This document shows, piece after piece, positions 19,646 to 28,342 of a stretch of 64,000 nucleotides of DNA. Under the pieces are notes generated by a model. The model was not told the DNA's origin. It saw only the letters and a program-made list of their open reading frames with translations, and did no database searches. Source of the stretch: an uncultured Acidobacteriota bacterium (lineage in GTDB: Bacteria > Acidobacteriota > Thermoanaerobaculia > Gp7-AA8). The position numbers and the translations under genes are program-made. The stretch lies in the NCBI GenBank assembly GCA_963822445.1, contig CAWGHO010000001.1, positions 1,120,001 through 1,184,000 of the forward strand, written 5' to 3'. The first letter of the stretch is position 1, and each line of letters begins with the position of its first letter.

Positions 19646-20688
19646 CAGCATGCGCTGTCTCCAAACACCAGCCGGAACGCCGTCCCGTTTTCCGTGCTCT
19701 CGACGAGCACCAGATCGCCGCCGTGATCGAGCATCACTTTGCGGGAGATCGACAATCCAAGTCCCATTCCCTCTCCGATCTTGCGCGTGGTCACGTACGG
19801 ATCGAACACGCGGCCGCGCAGCGATCGCGGAATGCCGCCGCCGTCATCGAGCACTTCCAGCGTGACCCGCGCGCCGCGCACGATCGCGAATGCGACGCGA
19901 CGCGCACCGGCCTTCGCGCTGTTCGTGCAGAGATTCACCAGCACCTGGCGAATCATGTCCCGATCGGCGCAGACGACGCCGTCGCTTCCGCCGTCGTAAA
20001 GCTCGACACCGGGCCACGCGCCGGCGAACGTCGCGCAGAACTCCTCGACCAGCTGGCCGAGGGACTCGCGGCGCAGAACCGGTTTCGCGAGACCGGCAAA
20101 CGACGAGAACTCCCGCGTGAACCGCGCCAGCCGCTCCAACTCCTCGGACACACTCTCCTGCGCGTGCATCAACTCCTCACCGCCGACGCCGCTACGGGCG
20201 AGATCGGCGAAGCGATCGAGCTCGAGGCGCGCCGCGGTCAGCGGCCCCTTGATCTCGTGCGCGTGTCGCCGCGCGCTTTCCTGCAGTGCGCTCACGCGAT
20301 CGAGATACTCGCGGCGCGCGCGTTCCTGCGAGCGGCGATAACGGACCCAGACGATCGCGCCGGCCAGCACCCCGGTCACCGCGAAGACGGCGATCAGCGC
20401 GAGCTCGAAGCGCTGCAGCATGGCCTCACGATTCATCCGGATCACTTCGATGCGATGGAGCAGGGTCTGCGTCGATTCGAAACGGCGGCGATACTCGTCG
20501 GCGCGCTCCGGATCGAGACGGCGAAGCTTCTTCTGATCCTCCATTGACTGCGTCAGCGCGTCGCGCACTTCCGGGCGCAGGGCCACGTCGAGCCAGACGC
20601 TGGAGATCTGATGCAGCACCAGCCAGAACATCGCCGTCATCGCGGCGATCGTCACCAGGAGAAGCAGCGCCGAACGGCCGCGTGTCAC
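19645..20688 (-). CDS. Sensor histidine kinase (2 TM segments)
   Basis: AHEIKGPLT H-box, VLVNLCTNS, DDGGGIP, FDPYVTT, GMGLGLSI; GTGA overlap with the upstream stop. Confidence 0.9.
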   Translation of the reverse strand: MTRGRSALLLLVTIAAMTAMFWLVLHQISSVWLDVALRPEVRDALTQSMEDQKKLRRLDPERADEYRRRFESTQTLLHRIEVIRMNREAMLQRFELALIAVFAVTGVLAGAIVWVRYRRSQERARREYLDRVSALQESARRHAHEIKGPLTAARLELDRFADLARSGVGGEELMHAQESVSEELERLARFTREFSSFAGLAKPVLRRESLGQLVEEFCATFAGAWPGVELYDGGSDGVVCADRDMIRQVLVNLCTNSAKAGARRVAFAIVRGARVTLEVLDDGGGIPRSLRGRVFDPYVTTRKIGEGMGLGLSISRKVMLDHGGDLVLVESTENGTAFRLVFGDSAC

Positions 20689-21257
20689 CTGGCTTCCACC
20701 CTCACGTCCCAGCGCCAGCGGATGATCGGCTTCGCGCTGAGCGTCGTCCCGATCAACACGTCGACCAGCCCCTCTCCGGACGGCCGCGCCGCGCCGCCGC
20801 CCTTGGCAATCCATTGCCGAGCATCCTCCTCCTCGGACGCCGAGAACGGCAGGACGCTGAGATCGACCTGCAGCGGCATGGTTGCCGCGGCATTGGCGAA
20901 GATGCGCACCGGCACACGCCACCATTTCTCCAGCGCGTCGATCGACGTCAGCTTCTGGCGATCCTCGCGGCGGTCGAACTCGACCTTCCGCACGTGCCAG
21001 ACCTCGTCCCAGAGGTCATAGCGGATCTCGATGCGCGCGCCGGTGATGCGCTCGCGCTGCCGCGCGGCGACGACGAAGGTCGTGGTGAGCCCGGTGGCGA
21101 GCTGCTTTCTGACGGTCGGTGACTTCAAGACAGACACGGGCAGTGTCGCGGCCACAACGCCGCCAGCCTGCACGGAAAACGAGGGCGGTTGCTGGGCGCG
21201 CACGGCAAGCACCGCCAGAAAGAGAAACGAGGCGACGAGGACGCCCCGGCTCACCAT
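20685..21257 (-). CDS. Exported hypothetical protein (DUF4390-like)
   Basis: Signal peptide MVSRGVLVASFLFLAVLAVRA; IRYDLWDEVW segment; sits upstream of an NtrY/NtrX-like pair. Confidence 0.6.
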   Translation of the reverse strand: MVSRGVLVASFLFLAVLAVRAQQPPSFSVQAGGVVAATLPVSVLKSPTVRKQLATGLTTTFVVAARQRERITGARIEIRYDLWDEVWHVRKVEFDRREDRQKLTSIDALEKWWRVPVRIFANAAATMPLQVDLSVLPFSASEEEDARQWIAKGGGAARPSGEGLVDVLIGTTLSAKPIIRWRWDVRVEAR

Positions 21258-22528
21258 GCGTAACCCACTCCGAGGCGGACGTTCCCCCAGGAGCTCTGCC
21301 GCAGCCAGCTGATCGACGTCCGCAAGGACTGATCGCTCTCGCTGAGGATCTGGTAATCCTCCCGATACTCCTGGCGGCCGCGCACGCGCAGCTCCAGCTC
21401 GATGCGCGAGTCCCCTCCCTGCGCGCGCCGCTCCGGAGTCCACAGGCTCCGCGAAATGGTCGCCTGTCCGCCGGCGAACGCCGCGCTGCGCGTTTCATCG
21501 AGGAGGAAATCGTCCTTCGTACGCTGGTCGAATTGCGCGACGCCGACTTCCAGCCCTCCCGATACCGAGGTGCGGTCGGAGAGCTCGAAATACTGGACGG
21601 CCGTGGCCTGAATGCCGAAGGTCGTCCTGTGAATCGGGTTGACGTCGACCGCCACTCCGCCTGCGCCGTCCGCCCTGAGCACCACCGAGATGTCGTCGCG
21701 CCAGGAGACCACCGGCGCGATCGACAGCAGCGTCCCGTTCGTCGGGAAAAAGGGATGGTTGGTCGTGTTGTACGACCAGGTTGCGCGCGCCATGCGCTGC
21801 GTCCGGTTCTCATCCACCCGCCTGCCCGAGAAGGTGTAGTCGTACTCGGTCACGTTTTCGTCGTACTCGGCGGTGACGGTCTGATTGAGGGACAAGGGCA
21901 TGCCCACGACGACCTGCGGGCTGATGCTGTCGCCGTTCGCGTTGTGTTTGATGTTCACCGTCGCGAAGCCGCGCGTTCCGAAGAGGTCGTACTGCGTGTA
22001 CCCGACAGCGAACGCCGAGTAGCCGGACGTGAACTCGGTGGACTCGCGACCGATGAGCGCGACATGCAGCGCGCCGCGGCGGCCGACGAACCAGCGGTAA
22101 CCGAGGGCCACGGCGGTGTCGTCGGAGCCGAGCTGGGTGGAGGTCGTGTAGACGCGGACGTGGTCCTCGCCGCTGTAGATCGGGACGAATTCCAGCCGGA
22201 AGAAGAACGACCGCGTCTCGATGATGTTGATGATCAGCAGATAGCGGCCGCGCTCACTCCCCCGCTCCAGGGCAAAGTCTGCGGCCAGGAGGAACGGCAG
22301 CCGGGCGAGGCGGGTCGAGGCGTCGCGCAGGTCCGACTCCGAATACTCGCCCCCTTCGCGCAACCGCGATTCCGCGATCACGACTTCCGGCGAGACCCGC
22401 TTGTGATTGCGTACTTCGATGCGCTCGATGAAGAAACGCGGCGAACCGGTGGTGTCCTGGGCGAGGCTTCCCGGCGCGGCGATGACCGCCGCGGCGAGGA
22501 CGATGCTGGTGAGAAGAGCTCGGATCAA
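21251..22528 (-). CDS. POTRA-domain outer membrane beta-barrel protein (Omp85-like)
   Basis: Signal peptide; IERIEVRNHKRVSPEVVIAESRLREGGEYS..L....RL POTRA pattern; alternating beta-strands; C-terminal VRLGVGYAW beta-signal. Confidence 0.7.
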   Translation of the reverse strand: MIRALLTSIVLAAAVIAAPGSLAQDTTGSPRFFIERIEVRNHKRVSPEVVIAESRLREGGEYSESDLRDASTRLARLPFLLAADFALERGSERGRYLLIINIIETRSFFFRLEFVPIYSGEDHVRVYTTSTQLGSDDTAVALGYRWFVGRRGALHVALIGRESTEFTSGYSAFAVGYTQYDLFGTRGFATVNIKHNANGDSISPQVVVGMPLSLNQTVTAEYDENVTEYDYTFSGRRVDENRTQRMARATWSYNTTNHPFFPTNGTLLSIAPVVSWRDDISVVLRADGAGGVAVDVNPIHRTTFGIQATAVQYFELSDRTSVSGGLEVGVAQFDQRTKDDFLLDETRSAAFAGGQATISRSLWTPERRAQGGDSRIELELRVRGRQEYREDYQILSESDQSLRTSISWLRQSSWGNVRLGVGYAW

Positions 22529-22545
22529 TGTGGGGCCCCCTTGTT

Positions 22546-22622
22546 GGTAGGCGGTACGCGGCAGGCGGTAGGCGGGAAATCCTCGTTCCCCCGCCTACCG
22601 CCCACTGCCTACCGCCTACTGC
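22546..22622. repeat. Inverted heptamer tandem-repeat element (GGTAGGC)n / (GCCTACC)n
   Basis: ggtaggc ggtacgc ggcaggc ggtaggc ggg ... cccgcctacc gcccact gcctacc gcctact gc. Confidence 0.85.
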
Positions 22623-22628
22623 TCCAAG

Positions 22629-22644
22629 GGCGAGGTCAATGCCA
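22629..22644 (-). promoter_or_regulatory. Putative sigma54 (-24/-12) promoter for the POTRA-HK-RR operon
   Basis: Minus strand TGGCATTGACCTCGCC gives GG-N10-GC about 100 bp upstream of the operon start. Confidence 0.55.
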
Positions 22645-22785
22645 CGAATTCAAGCCGGCCGCCGGCCCGCGGTTTCGATGCAACCGGTTCCAACTACGGG
22701 ACTTGGGACGCGCGGCCGCAACCCGCGCGTTTCGGGGAGTGTATGGGAAACCTGACGTGAGTGTAGGGAGAAGCAGTCGTTCGTC

Positions 22786-22804
22786 GTTAGTGGTTAGTCG
22801 CTAG
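22786..22804. repeat. Left heptamer arm (TTAGTGG-type) flanking the hydrolase gene
   Basis: gttagtggttagtcgctag; reverse complement (1 mismatch) at 23835-23853. Confidence 0.75.
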
Positions 22805-22830
22805 CCAGGGTGTCAACGACCGTGTGATCG

Positions 22831-23838
22831 GTGGCGATATCATCATCGATCGTGCGGACGGCACGGATCAGAGTGCTCATCTTTGTCGCAAGCCTTGCAG
22901 CTGCGCCGCAGTTGGTGGCGTACCAGGCAGGTGTGACACTTTTCGAGGTCAAGGATCCGGTCTCCGACCGACTGGCTCCTGCTCTCGCTGTTTACCCGAC
23001 CAGCGACGAAGCTGCCGAGACTGCGTTCGGTGAGTATCGAGTCGCTGCGCGCCTGCAAGCCGCGGCCGTGACAGGCAAGTTCCCTCTGATCGTTCTCTCG
23101 CACGGCCATGGAGGCTCTCGATTTGCGCACCATGCACTTGCCGTGGCTCTGGCGCGTGCCGGCTTTATCGTCGCCGCCGGTGACCACTTGGGCGACAACG
23201 TGCACGAAGCAGCCGAGCAACTGAGTGCATCCGTACTGATCAGCCGGCCCCGGCAGATATCGGCGTTGATCGATGCTGTATTGAGTCACCGCATTCTGGC
23301 ATCGCGCGTCGATCAGTCGCGGATTGGCGTGATCGGGTTTTCTGCTGGCGGGTTCACCGCCCTCGCACTGGTCGGTGCTGTTCCGAAACTTGGTCTCTGG
23401 AAGGAGTACTGCCGGGAGCCGAAACACGGCGCTGCCCTTTGCCCGCCTCCGGGGGACATCGACCACGTTGACGCGGGAACGTCGCTTCAGGACAAGAGGG
23501 TTCGTGCGGCATATCTTCTGGCGCCGTTCGCGATTGTTTTCGATCGTGATGGACTGAAGGCTGTGACCGCGCCGGTCCGAATCGTCGCCGGTGCGCGAGA
23601 TCCGCTACTGACGGCTGCAGACAATGCTTGGCTGTTGCACAAGCACCTGCCGCGAAGGTCGAGACCGTGGATCGTCGATCAGGCCGCGCACTTCACATTC
23701 CTTTCGCCGTGCAGTGCGTCCCTGAGAGCGATCGTGCCGAATATCTGTGAGGACGCTGCTGGCGTCGATCGGGAAGCCATCCACAAGCGCATCCATTCTG
23801 ATGCTGTGCAGTTCTTTCGGCGACACGTACGTCACTAA
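22831..23838 (+). CDS. Alpha/beta hydrolase (PAF-AH/dienelactone-hydrolase-like), atypical codon usage
   Basis: PLIVLSHGHGG, GFSAGG nucleophile elbow, HFTFLSPC; many A/T-ending codons. Start position uncertain. Confidence 0.85.
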   Translation: MAISSSIVRTARIRVLIFVASLAAAPQLVAYQAGVTLFEVKDPVSDRLAPALAVYPTSDEAAETAFGEYRVAARLQAAAVTGKFPLIVLSHGHGGSRFAHHALAVALARAGFIVAAGDHLGDNVHEAAEQLSASVLISRPRQISALIDAVLSHRILASRVDQSRIGVIGFSAGGFTALALVGAVPKLGLWKEYCREPKHGAALCPPPGDIDHVDAGTSLQDKRVRAAYLLAPFAIVFDRDGLKAVTAPVRIVAGARDPLLTAADNAWLLHKHLPRRSRPWIVDQAAHFTFLSPCSASLRAIVPNICEDAAGVDREAIHKRIHSDAVQFFRRHVRH

Positions 23839-23857
23839 CGACTAACCACTAACCACT
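23835..23857. repeat. Right heptamer arm (CTAACCA-type) flanking the hydrolase gene
   Basis: ctaacgactaaccactaaccact; contains the stop codons of both convergent genes. Confidence 0.75.
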
Positions 23858-24203
23858 GGTCATCAAAGACGAGCGCGAAGTTCTTCACCACCCCGCGCGA
23901 CGGGATGCGAACGGTGACGAACGCCTCCTCGTCATCGCGGCTCACCGTCTCGGCTTCGACGTTCTCACCCTCACCGAGCTCCTGCTGCATGGCCTCCAGC
24001 TCTGCGTCGGAAAGCGACTCCGGGTTCTCGAGGTACTCCCGCGCCGGCTCCCACCGTTTGGCCATGACCGCGCGGGTGAATTGCTCGGCTACGGCATCGG
24101 GCGGGGAGACGAGGGTCTCGCGGTCGTCGAGCTTTTCCACGGCCACGAACGACACGCCGGCGAGAAGCGCGAACATCACCAGACCGCTCAGCAGCTCTCT
24201 CAC
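23835..24203 (-). CDS. Hypothetical protein with N-terminal membrane anchor
   Basis: GTG start overlapping the upstream TGA; hydrophobic N-terminus; SPPDAVAEQF...W pattern. Confidence 0.65.
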   Translation of the reverse strand: MRELLSGLVMFALLAGVSFVAVEKLDDRETLVSPPDAVAEQFTRAVMAKRWEPAREYLENPESLSDAELEAMQQELGEGENVEAETVSRDDEEAFVTVRIPSRGVVKNFALVFDDQWLVVSR

Positions 24204-24709
24204 GTCTTCATCAGCTCCATGGCCCGCACGGCATCCTGTTTCGTCGCCGGCTCGGCGCCGGGCGTGAGGATGAGCGAGGTCTCGTGATCGCGCTCGAGCA
24301 CGGCCATGCGCGCGTCCTTCCATTTGTCGCGATCGAGACCGTCGAGGCGCAGGAGATGCTCGAGATCGAGCTCGTTGAGTTGTTCCTTGCGCAGCTCGTT
24401 CCTGTCTTCGACGCCTTCGCGGAGGACTACGCGCGGTCGGCCGTTCACGACGTGCAGGAATCGCGGCGAGTGGAACGACAGCAGCTTGACCACCGCATCG
24501 CAGAAGAAAATCGAAGACGCCGCCGCCCCGAACTTCGCCACCGAAACCTCGGCCCAGATGCAGTCGTCGATCAGATCGCCGACGATCAGCGAGACCACAA
24601 AGTCGAACGGCGTGGCCTGGCTGATCACGCGCTTGCCGCTGGCGCGCGTCGTCACGGCCAGGTAGATGTAGGCGGCCAGCGCCCGGACAGCAATGCGCCA
24701 GAGATCCAT
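24200..24709 (-). CDS. DUF421 (YetF-like) membrane protein
   Basis: GKRVISQATPFDFVVSLIVGD, GRPRVVLREG, LRLDG and AVLE motifs. Confidence 0.88.
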   Translation of the reverse strand: MDLWRIAVRALAAYIYLAVTTRASGKRVISQATPFDFVVSLIVGDLIDDCIWAEVSVAKFGAAASSIFFCDAVVKLLSFHSPRFLHVVNGRPRVVLREGVEDRNELRKEQLNELDLEHLLRLDGLDRDKWKDARMAVLERDHETSLILTPGAEPATKQDAVRAMELMKT

Positions 24710-25269
24710 CAGGTCGCGTGCCCCAGCGCCTGCGGCGTGTCGGTTCGCTTCTCTTCCGGTGAGATCTTCGAGGCTTCGTCGCCGTGCAGATCGCGCTTCT
24801 GCAGCGGCTCGGCCCAGTCCTGCCTGATCACGCTGACGATGCCGTCGACTTCCATCACCGCCCGCCTGACCTCGCGCATGTCCGAGATGCCCTGGAGGCG
24901 GAGGGAGGCCATTACTTCCTCTTCGTTCATCAGCTCTTTGCGCATCCCGTCGCGCACGAATTCACCGTCGCGCACGACCTCGCTGGGCGTTCCTTCGAAG
25001 AGCTTGTTCAGGCCGTGATTGAGATAGGAGAGCCAGGCGGTGACGTACTTCGCGGCCGCGACGACGACGATGGCGACGAAGCCCTGCGCGAGCGTGACGT
25101 CGCCGTAAATGATCTCGTCGACGACCTCACCGAGCATCAACGCCACGAGCAGGTCGAAGGCTGTGAAATTGCCAACGGTCCGCTTGCCGAGGATGCGGAT
25201 GATGACCAGCATCGCGACATACACCAGCAGACCGCGGGCGGCGGTCATCCCCAGTTCTTGCCAGTCCAT
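24709..25269 (-). CDS. DUF421 (YetF-like) membrane protein
   Basis: LGKRTVGNFTAFDLLVALMLGE, EGTPSEVVRDG, LRLQGI, AVMEVDGIVSVI. Confidence 0.9.
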   Translation of the reverse strand: MDWQELGMTAARGLLVYVAMLVIIRILGKRTVGNFTAFDLLVALMLGEVVDEIIYGDVTLAQGFVAIVVVAAAKYVTAWLSYLNHGLNKLFEGTPSEVVRDGEFVRDGMRKELMNEEEVMASLRLQGISDMREVRRAVMEVDGIVSVIRQDWAEPLQKRDLHGDEASKISPEEKRTDTPQALGHAT

Positions 25270-25300
25270 GGGAGGGCGGTGGAGCAAGCGGCGGTCCACC

Positions 25301-25388
25301 GTTACGGGGTTGCGGCGTTACGGGGTTACGAGGGGGAACCGGCAGCATTTAATACCCCCGAAACCTCGTAACCCCGCAACCCCGAAAC
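25301..25388. repeat. Inverted octamer tandem-repeat element (GGGGTTRC)n / (GYAACCCC)n
   Basis: gttac ggggttgc ggcgttac ggggttac gagg ... cccc gaaacctc gtaacccc gcaacccc gaaac. Confidence 0.85.
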
Positions 25389-25393
25389 TTCCA

Positions 25394-25409
25394 CGGCACG
25401 CCCCCTGCA
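25394..25409 (+). promoter_or_regulatory. Putative sigma54 promoter
   Basis: CGGCACGCCCCCTGCA matches the GGCACG-N4-YTGC -24/-12 consensus and ends 13 bp before the ATG at 25423. Confidence 0.65.
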
Positions 25410-25422
25410 CAGTCCGCCAGTC

Positions 25423-25578
25423 ATGGGCAATTTACTTTGGATCATCATCATCATCCTCATCATCCTGTGGCTCGGTGGCGTGTCGATGTCGGTCGGCGGA
25501 AATCTCATCCACATCCTGATTGTGGTTGCGTTGATCCTGCTGATCTACCGGTTGGCGACGGGCCGCAAAGTTCTCTGA
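25423..25578 (+). CDS. Small membrane protein, lmo0937/DUF5670 family (51 aa)
   Basis: Manual translation MGNLLWIIIIILIILWLGGVSMSVGGNLIHILIVVALILLIYRLATGRKVL; missed by the ORF track. Confidence 0.85.
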   Translation: MGNLLWIIIIILIILWLGGVSMSVGGNLIHILIVVALILLIYRLATGRKVL

Positions 25579-25584
25579 CGCGCG

Positions 25585-27528
25585 TCAGCGCGACCAGACG
25601 AACCAGCGCTGCGGCAGCCGGATGGTCTCTCCCCCCGCGTCGGTGATCTCCACCTCGACGTCGGTAGCCCCTTCCCGATCGCGGGGGATGTCCACCGTGA
25701 ACCCGGCACGGGTCGAGTCATGCCACGGATAGAGCGCGCCGACGTCGGGGCGTGAGAAGAGCTGCGCCTCGTAGCTCCGCGCGCGATTGTTGACGAACAC
25801 GCGCACCCGCCTGATGCCCATCGGCGAGACCGCCCATCCCTTCACCCGCACCGATCCCCGCACTTCCGAGTCCGCTTGCGGTTCATCGAGCCATCCGATC
25901 GGGCGCGACGCGGGCTGCGGACCGAACGACGGCTTCTCCGCGTCACTGCCTAAAACGAAAACGAAATCGCCTTCGATGCCGCGATCGAAACGCGCCACGA
26001 AGCGGAGCTTGCCCGCCTCCATCGAACGATTCAGAAAGTGGCGGATGGCCGCCGTCTCTTCGCCGAGCGTGTCGCCATGCACGACGAGCGTCGTCACGCC
26101 GATCTTCGCCAGTTGATCGAGGATCGCCAGATCCACCGGCCGCTGCTCGAACGCGCGCACCAGGTCGCCGTGCATCCCCACGTCGGAGACGCCATTGGTC
26201 ATGCGCCGGTGGTGAATCGTCGCGCGCAGGTAGTACTCGTACTCGCTGCCGCTATGCCGGATGGGCAGCTCGAGAATCGCGCCCTTGTCCTTCGACTGCG
26301 CGAGCCAGCGGTACACGGGCGGCTCGTCGTCATCGGCGAGGTGAAACTGCAACGGCGCGGAACGCAACTCCAGAAGCAGCAACGCGGTCAGGATCGCGCC
26401 GGCCACGTGGCGATGACGGACGATCTTCATCGCCCCGATTCCCGCCAGGAGGGCGATGCCGACGTAGGCGATCATCGCCCACCGCGCCGGCGCGCGAATG
26501 CCGCTGAACAGCGGCACGTGATCGAAGAGCAGCCGGTGAAAGAGGCCGTTGAGGCCGAGGGATCCGAAGTATCCGAGGAGGATCCAACTCGCTGCCGCGA
26601 TGAGGACCAGCCGGCGGATGGCCTTGTCCGCGCCGACCGGCCCGATCAGGCCGACCAGCGCGAGCAGCACACCGCCGACACCCGGAAACAGCCATCGCTC
26701 GCGGTCGGTCATCCCTCCGTTCAAGACCTTCGACGTGACCCAGTCCTTCGCCACGGCTGAATGGCGCTTCGCCTCGTCGAAGTCCCCCCTGAACCCGTAG
26801 CGCTCACGCACTTCGCGATACGGCAGGAGAAACGGAATCAGAAGCAGCGTGGCGATGACCGTCGAGGCGGCGAGGAGCAGCAACGCGCGCGGACGGCGGA
26901 TGAGGAAGATCAGCGCCGCAACAGCGATCGCCAGCGACCCGAACGCCATCCAGTGCAGGTTCGTAATCCCGTTCATGAAAAACGCGATACCGAACAGCGC
27001 CGCGCGTTGCCAGGTCGGCGTCCGCGCGAAGGCGATCAATGCGGCGATCATCAGCGGCAGCCAGCCCGCCCATGAATGCTGCGTCTGCATCAGATGCGTG
27101 AAGCGCCACGGCACGAACGCCAGAAAAACACCGCTCGCGATTCCAGCCCACCAGGAGCCGGTCACCACGCGTGTGAGAACGAACGCGCCGTAACCGGTGA
27201 ATGCGAATCCGAGGAGGAGAAGGATGTTGTGCATGAGCAGAGGGCTCGCGCCGGCCAGGCGAAAGGGAAAGCCGAACAGGGCGATACCGTACTGGTGCTC
27301 GGTGAACGCGAGCGAAGGTCCGTCGGGATGGAGCGCGTTCGCGCGGAAAAGGCTCGCGCCGCGATGGGTCGTCGCGTGCCACGCCCAGTCGTACACCCAC
27401 GTGTTCACGTAGGGCTCGCTGGGATGGGCGATGGCGCGCGTGATGAGCCGGGGCAGCGGCCAGAGCATCACCGCCGACAGAGCGACGAACAGCGCCGCGG
27501 CGGCCAGGTGAGGGCCGGATTTTTTCAC
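25585..27528 (-). CDS. Polytopic membrane protein, probable GT-C-fold glycosyltransferase with C-terminal Ig-like domain
   Basis: Many TM helices; N..HP....LAFTE, LFPG, IRAPARW, ILELP and NGVS motifs; C-terminal GWLDEP...VKGWA...RPDV domain. Confidence 0.6.
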   Translation of the reverse strand: MKKSGPHLAAAALFVALSAVMLWPLPRLITRAIAHPSEPYVNTWVYDWAWHATTHRGASLFRANALHPDGPSLAFTEHQYGIALFGFPFRLAGASPLLMHNILLLLGFAFTGYGAFVLTRVVTGSWWAGIASGVFLAFVPWRFTHLMQTQHSWAGWLPLMIAALIAFARTPTWQRAALFGIAFFMNGITNLHWMAFGSLAIAVAALIFLIRRPRALLLLAASTVIATLLLIPFLLPYREVRERYGFRGDFDEAKRHSAVAKDWVTSKVLNGGMTDRERWLFPGVGGVLLALVGLIGPVGADKAIRRLVLIAAASWILLGYFGSLGLNGLFHRLLFDHVPLFSGIRAPARWAMIAYVGIALLAGIGAMKIVRHRHVAGAILTALLLLELRSAPLQFHLADDDEPPVYRWLAQSKDKGAILELPIRHSGSEYEYYLRATIHHRRMTNGVSDVGMHGDLVRAFEQRPVDLAILDQLAKIGVTTLVVHGDTLGEETAAIRHFLNRSMEAGKLRFVARFDRGIEGDFVFVLGSDAEKPSFGPQPASRPIGWLDEPQADSEVRGSVRVKGWAVSPMGIRRVRVFVNNRARSYEAQLFSRPDVGALYPWHDSTRAGFTVDIPRDREGATDVEVEITDAGGETIRLPQRWFVWSR

Positions 27529-28313
27529 GGCTTCCTGAATGCGCGCACGATCGCGCCGAACCGTGCGGCGTCTACCGGCGCGTCGACGTTTCCATCGCGC
27601 TTGGCGGCCGTTCCGACGATCGCCGCGTCGGCCGCGCCGAACTGCGAGGCGTTGTCCGCATCGACCCCGCTGCCGGCGATGAGCGGCGTGTCGTCGAGCA
27701 GCTCGCGCAACATCGTCAGACGCGACGGATCGGCAGCGCTGCCCGTGGCCGCGCCGGTCACGATGAGCGCATCGGCCAGCCCGCGCAGGCGGAGATCTTT
27801 CGGCGAAACCTCCCCCATCGGCGTGGCGTGCTTGACGAGGTAGTCGGCGAAGATGAACACGTCCGGCGCGATGGCGGCGCGCTTCCGCAAAGTGCCGTAC
27901 GCGTCCCCTTCGATGATGCCCTGATCGGTGACGGCCGCACCGGTGTGGACGTTGACCCGGATGAACGCCGCCCCCGTGGCCGCGGCGATGGCGAGCGCCG
28001 ACAGCGCGTCGTTGCGAAGGACATTCACCCCGATCGCCAGCTTCGTCTCCCGCACAACCTCGGCGATCACCCGCGCCATCGCCGCCACGGTTTCCGCTTC
28101 GACCCGGCCCTTCGTGAAGGGCTTGTCCCCGAAATTCTCGAGAACGATCCCGCTGGCGTTCCCTGCGCTGAGCGCCCGCGCGTCGTCGAGGGCCGCGTCG
28201 ATGACGTCATTCATCGACACGAACCCGGGGCTGCCCGGGAGGGGGCGGAGGTGGACCATGCCGAAGACCGCGCGGTGGCCGAAGCGGTCTGCGAACAACG
28301 CACGAGTGAGCAT
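27525..28313 (-). CDS. BtpA/SgcQ family TIM-barrel protein
   Basis: GMVHLRPLPGSP, ENFGDKPF, GVNVLRND, VKHA, ADALIVTGAATG. Confidence 0.92.
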   Translation of the reverse strand: MLTRALFADRFGHRAVFGMVHLRPLPGSPGFVSMNDVIDAALDDARALSAGNASGIVLENFGDKPFTKGRVEAETVAAMARVIAEVVRETKLAIGVNVLRNDALSALAIAAATGAAFIRVNVHTGAAVTDQGIIEGDAYGTLRKRAAIAPDVFIFADYLVKHATPMGEVSPKDLRLRGLADALIVTGAATGSAADPSRLTMLRELLDDTPLIAGSGVDADNASQFGAADAAIVGTAAKRDGNVDAPVDAARFGAIVRAFRKP

Positions 28314-28342
28314 CAATGCCCAAAGTTATACTCCACGCCGCC

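Noticed and set aside
25440-25464. (ATC)n triplet run as a phase-variable repeat
   Set aside because: It encodes the poly-Ile TM helix of the small membrane protein, and triplet changes would not shift the frame.
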